Of a stretch of DNA of 64,000 bases, positions 55,223-63,483 are shown in pieces. The DNA lies in the UHGV virus genome UHGV-0214148; one strand, given 5' to 3'. The position numbers were made by a program, and so were the translations under genes. How positions within the stretch are numbered: the first letter of the stretch is position 1; every line of letters begins with the position of its first letter. This DNA is from a virus. Below the pieces are notes generated by a model. The model worked only from the letters and a program-made list of their open reading frames with translations, made no database searches and was not told where the DNA came from.

Positions 55223-55831
55223 TTATTTGGTATACAGCTGATAACCCATTGAAGCCCAATAATCAATGTTCTTCGCGTTTTCTACCCAAACCTGTCCCGC
55301 CTTTGTGGCTAAGACTTCCATTGTCAATGTACAGATCAGATTTGTTACCTGGATACAATTTCCAGGTGTAACATCATCCAGATAAACCGGATATAAAAAC
55401 GGCGATTTAATGGATTGGTACGGGTAAGAATAGTGGCTACCGACTTTCCACCCTTCTTCTACAGGGCAGAGATTATAAGTGCGTGTTTCAGGAACTGCGT
55501 TTTCAGAGATCCAGTTAACAACATCGGCTTTGATTCGATCGTGGTCGATATAGTAGAACACAACACGTTGTGGGATACTTGTGGTACCAGCCGGGTCTAA
55601 AGCCTCCAACGCCTTAAAAGGCGACGTTAACAATGTTGTACTGTTCTCAAGTGCGTAAACCAACTTTTCGTAAGCGGTTGGCGTTTTGCGTTTAAAATAT
55701 TCCCGTAAGCGAGGGTACGCCAGGAAGCCCTCTACTTCTTCTTCCATTAAGTCAATGAATAAAGGCGTATGCGAAAATCGCTCTGCATTTTGCATCGCTT
55801 CAAGAAAACGAACTAATGTAATTTCGTTCAT
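55223..55831 (-). CDS. hypothetical protein
   Basis: 202-aa ORF upstream of the ATPase; no Mre11/SbcD phosphoesterase motifs seen. Confidence 0.55.
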   Translation of the reverse strand: MNEITLVRFLEAMQNAERFSHTPLFIDLMEEEVEGFLAYPRLREYFKRKTPTAYEKLVYALENSTTLLTSPFKALEALDPAGTTSIPQRVVFYYIDHDRIKADVVNWISENAVPETRTYNLCPVEEGWKVGSHYSYPYQSIKSPFLYPVYLDDVTPGNCIQVTNLICTLTMEVLATKAGQVWVENAKNIDYWASMGYQLYTK

Positions 55832-55861
55832 CTGGTCTTTCCTTTTAGATCAAAAAAAGAA

Positions 55862-55879
55862 GCCCCGAGTAAACGGGGC
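55862..55879 (-). terminator. stem-loop terminator (GCCCCG / CGGGGC)
   Basis: GC stem preceded on plus by AAAAAAAGAA. Confidence 0.5.
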
Positions 55880-55887
55880 CGGGCTAA

Positions 55888-56364
55888 TTACAGCCCTAAG
55901 TGCGTGAGTGATAAAATAGGTTGTGTTTCACCTTTAATCGTCGCGAAGGAACGATACATTTCTGCGTTACTTGAAAAAACTTCGTTAGCAACGATACATT
56001 CACCCGTCTCTAAAGAAAGGAGATAAATGTAGTCGCTCCATACGCTTTGTACCAACACCCACTCAAGTGCGGTATCATTTTCGCGTGTTGTTCGCAGGTG
56101 GTGAAAGTAAGGACGGATCGCATCAACTGCCGCATTAAAACGACGGTGATAAATTCGGGTTAAATCAAAGGTCCAGATTGTTTCCAGGTCGACTGGATGT
56201 AATGTGCGCACCGTTTCGATAATCGTCGACTGATCGTTAAGGCGCGAGGCTTCGGCGATACGTAGCAGTTTCCAGGCTACCGTTAAGTTGTGGCGAATTT
56301 GTTCAGGTTTAGCCGACAGGTCATGATGAAATTGCGCAGCTTGGTAAACGTTAGATAATTGCAT
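55888..56364 (-). CDS. hypothetical protein
   Basis: 158-aa ORF with conserved SD context; flanked by terminators. Confidence 0.55.
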   Translation of the reverse strand: MQLSNVYQAAQFHHDLSAKPEQIRHNLTVAWKLLRIAEASRLNDQSTIIETVRTLHPVDLETIWTFDLTRIYHRRFNAAVDAIRPYFHHLRTTRENDTALEWVLVQSVWSDYIYLLSLETGECIVANEVFSSNAEMYRSFATIKGETQPILSLTHLGL

Positions 56365-56401
56365 TTTAATACTCCTTTAGGTAAATATGTCGTAAAAAGG
56401 A

Positions 56402-56418
56402 CCCCGGACGTACCGGGG
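56402..56418 (-). terminator. stem-loop terminator (CCCCGG / CCGGGG)
   Basis: GC stem preceded on plus by an A-rich tract; downstream of the secreted-protein gene block. Confidence 0.5.
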
Positions 56419-56430
56419 CCAAGACTACAC

Positions 56431-56820
56431 TCAAAGATCTAATTCGATAGCACCAGCCATCTTGCCCCGTTCTTCTATAACGATCAGATAACGGTCGCGA
56501 GATTTGCTTTTAGCGAGAGTTAAGACAACGGTAGGGTCGCACGTTTTCGTGGTGATAGGAAGAACCTCTCTTGCGACGGAATCGAGCAGAAAGTAATAAC
56601 CTGCGGGACACATTGTGCCGCCATCAGCTTTTACCAGAATATAGCGCCCGTCTGCGCCGACTTCTTGGCAGATTGTTTCACCGACTTCGCAAACTTCAAA
56701 CCCCGGAGGATTGTACTGGTAATCGGTATTGTTGTTTGGGGTTAGCAGTAAATCGTTAACTTGAGTAGATGCTGCTACACTCAGGGAGAAGAAGAATGCT
56801 AAAACGCAGACGAGACGCAT
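56431..56820 (-). CDS. small secreted Cys-containing protein (paralog of 56831..57241)
   Basis: 129-aa ORF; signal peptide MRLVCVLAFFFSLSVAAS; mature part has CQ...G.RY...GG..C pattern shared with neighbour. Confidence 0.55.
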   Translation of the reverse strand: MRLVCVLAFFFSLSVAASTQVNDLLLTPNNNTDYQYNPPGFEVCEVGETICQEVGADGRYILVKADGGTMCPAGYYFLLDSVAREVLPITTKTCDPTVVLTLAKSKSRDRYLIVIEERGKMAGAIELDL

Positions 56821-56830
56821 GAGTTACTCC

Positions 56831-57241
56831 TTAAATTTTAAGTTTATCCATAGCTACAACGATAGGTTTTTCCGAAGTGTCTAATATCCCTACCATTGGC
56901 ACACCATCTACGACTTCGAAGAATGGTTTGTTATTACCAGAGCATAGACGTTTGTCGTTGTATTCGAGACGCTGAGCCTTCCACGTTTCGAGGTTGAGTA
57001 CGGACATTGGGCTGTCGTAGCACCAGGCACCACCTTGCTCAACGATGAATACGTATCTGCTACCTTTGTATTTAAACAGGCTCTTTGCCTGGCAGTACAA
57101 CCCGTCTATTTCCGTACAATAGAAATCATCGGTGCTATTGACGTACTTAATATTGTCTGGCAACTGTATTGTCTTTGCTGTAGCGTTGACAGAGAACAGA
57201 ACAGCCATTGCAATGAGAAGAGTATTAATGATAGTTTTCAT
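56831..57241 (-). CDS. small secreted Cys-containing protein
   Basis: 136-aa ORF; signal peptide MKTIINTLLIAMAVLFSVNATA; shares Cys pattern with 56431..56820. Confidence 0.55.
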   Translation of the reverse strand: MKTIINTLLIAMAVLFSVNATAKTIQLPDNIKYVNSTDDFYCTEIDGLYCQAKSLFKYKGSRYVFIVEQGGAWCYDSPMSVLNLETWKAQRLEYNDKRLCSGNNKPFFEVVDGVPMVGILDTSEKPIVVAMDKLKI

Positions 57242-57252
57242 GATAAAAGTCC

Positions 57253-57738
57253 TTAGTATTTAGATTGTTCTACGTACTTCTTAACCAGGTAAGCGAATTC
57301 GGCAACACCGATATCACCGAACCAAATCAGGTAACCGGGGTCGATGTTGTAGTAATAACCGACGAGTTTCTTGGTGTGTGGGTTGTATAGCGTTACGATG
57401 TATTCCCAACCACAAGCGTTAGCTTTACAACCGCCACTTTCAATCCAGATTTTGTTGTTGATGTTTACCGGATACATGTTACCGCCAGGGCCATCCATGT
57501 AACCTTTAGAGCCGAACATACCATCCAGTCCCACAGGGTCTAGTGTTTTATCAACAACGGCTTTAAACGACTTATCGGTATCGTACAAGTCGTTGATGTT
57601 TGGGCACGCATTTGGCTGGCCTTCCCAAGCGTTTCCATCACAGGTAAGCAATTCGTCTACGGAGGCCGCATCTACAGTTGGCGTGGCACCGATAAACAAG
57701 AAAACCAGAAAGAACATCAGTGTATGTAAACGTTTCAT
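57253..57738 (-). CDS. small secreted Cys-containing protein
   Basis: 161-aa ORF; signal peptide MKRLHTLMFFLVFLFIGATPTVDA. Confidence 0.55.
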   Translation of the reverse strand: MKRLHTLMFFLVFLFIGATPTVDAASVDELLTCDGNAWEGQPNACPNINDLYDTDKSFKAVVDKTLDPVGLDGMFGSKGYMDGPGGNMYPVNINNKIWIESGGCKANACGWEYIVTLYNPHTKKLVGYYYNIDPGYLIWFGDIGVAEFAYLVKKYVEQSKY

Positions 57739-57756
57739 TGTAACTACTCCTTTAGA

Positions 57757-58149
57757 TTATTCGGCAGGACGATTTAAGGTAACGCGTCCGATTAATTCAG
57801 CGTTGTGAAAGAAGTCCACAGCGGTATAGTTACCAACTGATAGCGGATGGATACTAACTGACATTACTTTTGGTTGTTCGCAGGCGATATCCGTCAGGCG
57901 TTGGTAGACTTGTGCACGAGTGTCAGCAATGAGTAATCCCGTACACGTTTCACCACGCACTAAACGATAAACTTGCAGTTTACCGAAACTGCGCATTAAC
58001 GTAGGCGTCTCATCCGGGTTGATAATCGGTGACTCAGGAGCCGGTTCGTAATAGCGGACATCCGAATCACCGAAAGCATAAGTGCCAGTAATTCCGACCG
58101 CACAGAAAACAATGATAGTATAAAGTATAGTTCTGATATTCATTTTCAC
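57757..58149 (-). CDS. small secreted protein
   Basis: 130-aa ORF; signal peptide MKMNIRTILYTIIVFCAVGITGTYA. Confidence 0.55.
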   Translation of the reverse strand: MKMNIRTILYTIIVFCAVGITGTYAFGDSDVRYYEPAPESPIINPDETPTLMRSFGKLQVYRLVRGETCTGLLIADTRAQVYQRLTDIACEQPKVMSVSIHPLSVGNYTAVDFFHNAELIGRVTLNRPAE

Positions 58150-58171
58150 GCACTCTAAAAAAGATTAATAC

Positions 58172-58633
58172 TTATTTGTTAGGACGGGTGTGTCCACAGT
58201 TCTGGAAGAAAGTTTCAGATAAACGATCGCCTTCTACGGTAAAGTTAGCGGCATCGTTACCATTGATACTCACACTGAAAGTTTTGGCATTACCGATAGC
58301 AATAACGAAAGCAACCCAAGCGTGTTCTGCCTTGTCGCTACCGTCCACGGTAGGGATGTTATAGGTTTTGCCGTTTACGACAATATCCATCGTGTTATCT
58401 TCAGCGTTAGTTGCACCTACGGGTTCCCCGTAATACCAAACCATGCGACCGTAAAATTTGCGATTCACAGTTTCTGTGTCACAGTTGATAGACAGTCCGT
58501 TTCCGGCGGTGTCTTCGATTTCGTAAACTGCCTGGCCAGGGTTTTGTATTTGTTCCCAACTATTGATTGCAGCGTATGCGCTATTGAGGCCGAAAGTTAA
58601 AATGGTTATTAAGAATGTGATAAAGGTTTTCAT
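58172..58633 (-). CDS. small secreted protein
   Basis: 153-aa ORF; signal peptide MKTFITFLITILTFGLNSAYA. Confidence 0.55.
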   Translation of the reverse strand: MKTFITFLITILTFGLNSAYAAINSWEQIQNPGQAVYEIEDTAGNGLSINCDTETVNRKFYGRMVWYYGEPVGATNAEDNTMDIVVNGKTYNIPTVDGSDKAEHAWVAFVIAIGNAKTFSVSINGNDAANFTVEGDRLSETFFQNCGHTRPNK

Positions 58634-58679
58634 TGAAATGCTCCTTCGAGTTATGGGGAAGCTCCCACAAATTATGAAA

Positions 58680-59051
58680 TTAAATAACTGTGTTGGGTAA
58701 TGCTTTAATCTGTGTATAACTATCTCCGATACCTCTTATCATTTCCAGACGCTCTTCTGTAGAAAGGCTTTGGTTAATGTCTTTGTCAAGATTGAACAGT
58801 GTCAAGAGTTTTGCAATTGCAACCGTCAAGTTGTCGGACAGCTCGTTGTTTTTACGCCATTCTTCGTTACGGAAAATAGAGATAAGGTCTTTCGCCTGGC
58901 CTTCAGCGTGCGGTTTGGCTAACTGCGCGTCACGCTGTTCGATAAGGTATGCTTCGTTAGTAAGTAAACGTTTCAGGTTTTCTGGGTTAGTGGCAGCGCG
59001 AGTAACGATCATTAATACAACAAACGGGTCTTTAAATAATTCGTTTTTCAT
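58680..59051 (-). CDS. hypothetical protein; paralog of 173..562
   Basis: 123-aa ORF; N-terminal 15 residues identical to ORF 173..562; homologous upstream region. Confidence 0.7.
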   Translation of the reverse strand: MKNELFKDPFVVLMIVTRAATNPENLKRLLTNEAYLIEQRDAQLAKPHAEGQAKDLISIFRNEEWRKNNELSDNLTVAIAKLLTLFNLDKDINQSLSTEERLEMIRGIGDSYTQIKALPNTVI

Positions 59052-59100
59052 CTTTAGTTCTCCTAAAATGGTTTTCGTTAAGTGAGAGCTTTTGTACTCT

Positions 59101-59125
59101 CACCTAAGTAATATATATCTGAAAT
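59101..59125. promoter_or_regulatory. AT-rich promoter-like motif CACCTAAGTAATATATATCTGAAAT
   Basis: Between terminator hairpin 59158..59177 and the start of gene 58680..59051; preceded by imperfect inverted repeat AGTGAGAG/CTCTCACC. Confidence 0.4.
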
Positions 59126-59157
59126 TATTTTTAATATTAACGAACAAAAAAATAAAA

Positions 59158-59177
59158 GGTGGGGGTAAACCCCCACC
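59158..59177 (-). terminator. stem-loop terminator (GGTGGGGG / CCCCCACC)
   Basis: 8-bp GC stem, TAAA loop, preceded on plus by AAAAAAATAAAA; directly upstream (minus sense) of motif 59101..59125. Confidence 0.6.
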
Positions 59178-59181
59178 GATG

Positions 59182-59760
59182 TTATACATCGAACCGATAC
59201 TGCCGGGAGTTAATGAGGAATTCGGTATTCAGCTCAATCCATTCGAGTAAATCACCCAACGGTAATCGGTTTGGGTTTTCTAACTCAATAGACGCTACCG
59301 GATAAGAGTTTACTAATTCCGTAATTGTATCAATACCCTCTTGCGTTCCATCGTCTTCTAAGGTGATTGTAAACGGCATATCGGTACGATCCGCATTAGG
59401 ATTGTACAAACTGACTTTTGTTGCTTGGACAAACGCAGACAGGTCGTCACGTATAATGCGTGTATCAGGCGATAGAACTACCCAGAGATGCTGCCCTGGC
59501 TGGAGTTTACGTTTTGCGTAGTTTAAGAAAGGACTTGCCATCAAGTTTTCCAAACCACAACAGATGCTACGTAACTGTATTCCGCGCGGATCTCGGTAAT
59601 CCACATCGAAAATTCCCACAGGTTCATTCGCTGCCTGTTTTATCAGAAAGGCCAATACCGTGTCCGCTCTTTCTGGTAAGGAAAGCTCTATTCCCTCAAG
59701 CTCCCCATCGACGAGATTTTCTAACCAAACGTCTTTTCGCATTTCTATTAATCGGTACAC
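59182..59760 (-). CDS. hypothetical protein
   Basis: 192-aa ORF. Confidence 0.55.
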   Translation of the reverse strand: MYRLIEMRKDVWLENLVDGELEGIELSLPERADTVLAFLIKQAANEPVGIFDVDYRDPRGIQLRSICCGLENLMASPFLNYAKRKLQPGQHLWVVLSPDTRIIRDDLSAFVQATKVSLYNPNADRTDMPFTITLEDDGTQEGIDTITELVNSYPVASIELENPNRLPLGDLLEWIELNTEFLINSRQYRFDV

Positions 59761-59772
59761 GGTTCCACCTCA

Positions 59773-60546
59773 CTAATAATTAAGTTTTACATCGGCAATA
59801 AACAGCAATTGTTTACCATGTTGCTGCACTTCTTTCCAACCTAGTTTCATAGCAGCGTCAACAACATCTAACATGCTGTAACGGGACATCAAAGATTCTG
59901 ATTTTGTTCCTGACATTAAGTAAAGTGGCTCATTAGGGCTACGGTCACGTGCGTCAGGAAGTTCCCGAGAGACTGCTGATCCTTCGGGTACGGTAACAAC
60001 ATGAATCACGGTAAATGGTCTCTTGTGCGTCAGATAGATACGAAACCCAACGTGTTCAGATTCATGAAAGACTTTCTTCACAACCACATCTTTTAGTGTC
60101 GTCTGAACATCAGCCCCAGGTAATATCGTGGTTTCACGTGAAACGAAACAACGGCTATTTTCAATCGTGGAGAAATAATTACGTATCGGCAAACTAGCGT
60201 TATGATCGCGCAGTTTTTTGCTCAGTAGATCGAAGTTCAGTTCTTTAACCTTTTCTAGCCATTCTTTGGCTTGTTGAATGTAATAACTACCAACAGCGCG
60301 ATAAGTTAATACCTTACCTGTGCTCACTTGCCAGAGCTTGATGCTTAGTGAATTTGGCTTATAGCGACGATACTCACCACGCGTATAGTTGATGCGCTCG
60401 TAACGCTCTACACCGTCAACGGGTGCAGTTTCGACCGATTGTAATTGCAGCGTACGATCTAATCTATCGGCAAATAGTAGTGATGTTAGCGGGCCTTCGA
60501 TCATATACGGTTCGGTTTTAAAGATATCGTCTAAATGGACTTTCAT
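59773..60546 (-). CDS. hypothetical protein, GW/QLLF C-terminal motif family (member 1)
   Basis: 257-aa ORF ending ...AAMKLGWKEVQQHGKQLLFIADVKLNY. Confidence 0.6.
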   Translation of the reverse strand: MKVHLDDIFKTEPYMIEGPLTSLLFADRLDRTLQLQSVETAPVDGVERYERINYTRGEYRRYKPNSLSIKLWQVSTGKVLTYRAVGSYYIQQAKEWLEKVKELNFDLLSKKLRDHNASLPIRNYFSTIENSRCFVSRETTILPGADVQTTLKDVVVKKVFHESEHVGFRIYLTHKRPFTVIHVVTVPEGSAVSRELPDARDRSPNEPLYLMSGTKSESLMSRYSMLDVVDAAMKLGWKEVQQHGKQLLFIADVKLNY

Positions 60547-60568
60547 TTCTATTTCCTTCTTAACAAAA

Positions 60569-60587
60569 GCCGCGACTAAAGCGCGGC
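60569..60587 (-). terminator. stem-loop (GCCGCG / CGCGGC) between paralog family members
   Basis: 6-bp GC stem with A-rich plus-side flank. Confidence 0.4.
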
Positions 60588-60613
60588 AGTTAGAGAAAGT
60601 GTATTTTCACTTA

Positions 60614-61765
60614 TTAGAGGTCAGCAACAAACAACAGCTGACTGCCGTATTTTTGCACGTCAGCCCAACCGTAGTCTTTCCCGATTATAGGTAGATGTAA
60701 AATATCCAGCTTCTCGTCTTTCGCTTTTAGTTTCGCCATTAACGCATTGGACTCCTCAGCACTGAGGAGTAATGCTGGCTCTTTTTCAGTACGTCCTTCT
60801 GCGGTTGGGAAGAAATTGTAATAGCTGCGAGTAGGTAAATCGACAGAAAAACTACGATTGCCTATTCTGGCGATGAACGCAACTCCTTCACAGTTAGCAT
60901 CTACACTGCACGACCATCCCGCCTCCGTTAAAAGACCTTTTAACAGACACCACACTTTAAGTTGGTTCTTAGAAACTGTACGGTAAATAGCAAGATGTTC
61001 AGGAAGTAAATGTACGCCCATAACCACGTTTTCAGATTTCTCGTCAAGCAACTCTGGATGCTGTATCGGGAACAATAATTCAGTGATACCCACGTTATCA
61101 ATTTTGTTAACAAAATCAGTTAATTCATCTTTTAAGGTAGACACTTGATTTTCTCCTTTGTCTTCAATAATCAGGTGGGGTTCGCCGCTAATTAAAATGT
61201 GGTAAACGAGATCGTCAGTAGAACGGTAAGTGAGCTTGATTGCTTTATCACTTAATATTTCGTAGCGGAAGAAACTTTCGTACCAACTTGAGCCGAAATC
61301 GTTTTGTGTAAGCTCCTGCTCAACTTTGATGGTTTTTGCTTCAAAGCCGATTAACTCGCTTAATAACGCGAGTTCTTGTTTAGTTAAAATAGCTACACCG
61401 TGAAAGGGCACTTGTTCAAGCTGAAAACATAACTTAGTGACTTCACCATTTGGGAAGACCTTAAACATAATCTTCCGGTTGCTACTCTTTTCCCTAACAA
61501 CGAGTTTACGGTAATTTAGTCCACAATTTGTGTAAGCCGCGAACTGGTAACCTTCAATTTCTTCATCGGAAGTACAGACATCGACAGGCGCGATAATCTC
61601 ATCGTATTCACTAAGTACACAGCAGCCCAATTTATAACCAAACAACGTATGTTGTAAAAAATAGTCGAGGGTTAAGCTTGGTAGTGGCCAAGCCCGATTA
61701 TAGCATCTGTCCATCAGTTCTTTTAGGTACTTGGCATGTCTTGGTTTAGAAATAATATTTCGCAT
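60614..61765 (-). CDS. hypothetical protein, GW/QLLF C-terminal motif family (member 2)
   Basis: 383-aa ORF ending ...GKDYGWADVQKYGSQLLFVADL; FFPTAEGRTEKEPALLLSAEESNALMAKLKA parallels member 3. Confidence 0.6.
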   Translation of the reverse strand: MRNIISKPRHAKYLKELMDRCYNRAWPLPSLTLDYFLQHTLFGYKLGCCVLSEYDEIIAPVDVCTSDEEIEGYQFAAYTNCGLNYRKLVVREKSSNRKIMFKVFPNGEVTKLCFQLEQVPFHGVAILTKQELALLSELIGFEAKTIKVEQELTQNDFGSSWYESFFRYEILSDKAIKLTYRSTDDLVYHILISGEPHLIIEDKGENQVSTLKDELTDFVNKIDNVGITELLFPIQHPELLDEKSENVVMGVHLLPEHLAIYRTVSKNQLKVWCLLKGLLTEAGWSCSVDANCEGVAFIARIGNRSFSVDLPTRSYYNFFPTAEGRTEKEPALLLSAEESNALMAKLKAKDEKLDILHLPIIGKDYGWADVQKYGSQLLFVADL

Positions 61766-61796
61766 TTTTACTCTCCTTTAGGGGTTTTTTCGTTAC

Positions 61797-62351
61797 TTAA
61801 GCAGGGCAAGCTAAGAACAACAACTGCTGACCGATTTTACGTACGGTATACCAACCGTGGGCTTTAGCGACCGCGATCAACGTTTCCCAGTCATCAACAT
61901 CACATTGCTCGTTCCGAAGTTTTGTAAAGAGTGCTTCGGCTTCGTCTTGGTTTAATAACTTACCTGGATTATCAGGGGTGGTGCCAGAAGGGGTTGGAAA
62001 GAAATCGTATTGACACGCTAAGAGAAAATCAACCAGATACTTGGTGTTCTCTTTATAAACCAGCGTGGAAGTCTTCCCTTCGTGGAAGAAGCTGCCTGTT
62101 TTCCAAACGCTATCTTTCAGTAAGCTCTGAAGGTAATCTGTAAAGCCCGTTCTAAATGGGATATGCGTTTTACGCGTGATGTTGCGACGCAGCGGGGTTT
62201 CCTCTACAGCTTGTACACTTACCCCTACTATCATCGCACCTGGCTGGATAATGGTATTGGTCAGTACGGTATAAGGACGGACAAAGAAATGTTCGCCTAC
62301 GCCTTTTTCAAGGGTTTGGATAATTTCATTTTTCAGTTCAGTTTGAAACAT
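61797..62351 (-). CDS. hypothetical protein, GW/QLLF C-terminal motif family (member 3)
   Basis: 184-aa ORF ending ...AKAHGWYTVRKIGQQLLFLACPA; FFPTPSGTTPDNPGKLLNQDEAEALFTKLRN block. Confidence 0.6.
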   Translation of the reverse strand: MFQTELKNEIIQTLEKGVGEHFFVRPYTVLTNTIIQPGAMIVGVSVQAVEETPLRRNITRKTHIPFRTGFTDYLQSLLKDSVWKTGSFFHEGKTSTLVYKENTKYLVDFLLACQYDFFPTPSGTTPDNPGKLLNQDEAEALFTKLRNEQCDVDDWETLIAVAKAHGWYTVRKIGQQLLFLACPA

Positions 62352-62377
62352 GGTATATTCTCCTTTTAGGTTTTTAC

Positions 62378-63112
62378 TTACGCGGTTTTAATTAGCAGCA
62401 GATAGCCCTTCGTAATCTCAGCACAACTCCACCCTTTTACGGCAGCGACACCACGAAGGTAATTTTCTGTGTGATACTGTAAAAACGGATCGTCTGGATT
62501 AATCTCAACTAGGTGAGTGGCTTTAGAAATCGTTTCCGCCTCTGGGATTTGTTTTGTTAAGCCTGATGCAATCAGTTCAATAACGCGGTATCCCTCTAAC
62601 CAAGAAACATAGATACGTAAACCGTATAACTTACCGTTATCTTTTAAGGGATAAAGACTGATGCCCCGGCCGAGCAACGTTAATTCTACATCAGTGGGAA
62701 GGTTTTCTACATGCTTGATTAACCCTACCCCATGTCTAAACAGTGGGAAGTAAGAGTATAGCGTCAGCATACTGCTTCCTCCAATAAACGTAACATCGGA
62801 AACGGTAGGCGTGCTGGCAATGAGGCGAACATGTTCCGCTACGACTTCAAGTTCGGCGTCACTGATCAATTTATAGAATAAAATGACGCTGGTTTCGGTA
62901 TTAAGAACAAAGAAGAACCGGTTGGCGTGACTGCTTATCGTGTATTCGTCAACCATGCTGTCGATAACGTCACTGTCTGGATAATCTTCGGGTTTAATTG
63001 TTTCAGCAGAGACTAACTTAGCAGGTTGGGATTGCCCTATTAGTTCATTAACCACCGTAGAAGAAAGTTCTAAACTGGTGTTAGTAAAGATATCGTCTAA
63101 TAATTCACTCAT
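62378..63112 (-). CDS. hypothetical protein, probable divergent member of the GW/QLLF family
   Basis: 244-aa ORF ending ...AAVKGWSCAEITKGYLLLIKTA (weaker match). Confidence 0.5.
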   Translation of the reverse strand: MSELLDDIFTNTSLELSSTVVNELIGQSQPAKLVSAETIKPEDYPDSDVIDSMVDEYTISSHANRFFFVLNTETSVILFYKLISDAELEVVAEHVRLIASTPTVSDVTFIGGSSMLTLYSYFPLFRHGVGLIKHVENLPTDVELTLLGRGISLYPLKDNGKLYGLRIYVSWLEGYRVIELIASGLTKQIPEAETISKATHLVEINPDDPFLQYHTENYLRGVAAVKGWSCAEITKGYLLLIKTA

Positions 63113-63453
63113 GATTTACTCGCTAATCTCAATAAAGGGGAGTCTATTATTATGGATTGTAAAAGAGGTATAAGGAAGTCACTACGTTCCTCTGGGAAGA
63201 GTATGTCGGTATACTACGTATACCTCCGCTATTTATATCCGTATACATAATGCCCCCTACCCCCTACCGGTATCCCGAGTAGCAGAATAAAGGGGCAGAC
63301 TGTAAAATTTTAGTACCTGTTATCGGAAGGTACTAAATGGAGTGTAGTCTTTAAGCCGTTTGAGCAGCTCATTGAGACTTTCTTTCTTTTTAGTAGACAT
63401 GATCTGTCTCCCCAAATGGTTTAATCAATCCGTTTCGAATGAAACGTGTCCGT

Positions 63454-63480
63454 AGGGGCTGAACTGGCACTTCAGCCCCT
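63454..63480. terminator. stem-loop (AGGGGCTGAA / TTCAGCCCCT) adjacent to promoter-like motif
   Basis: 10-bp perfect stem; flanks are not strongly U-rich in either direction, so function is uncertain. Confidence 0.35.
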
Positions 63481-63483
63481 ATT

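Noticed and set aside
55223-55831. Upstream neighbour of the Rad50-like ATPase as an Mre11/SbcD nuclease
   Set aside because: At 202 aa it is too short and lacks the conserved phosphoesterase motifs; left as hypothetical.
63420-63480. Possible tRNA (TTCGAAT T-loop-like sequence in CGTTTCGAATGAAACG)
   Set aside because: No acceptor stem, D-arm or anticodon arm could be built around it; the hairpin has a symmetric stem unlike a T-arm. No tRNA called.
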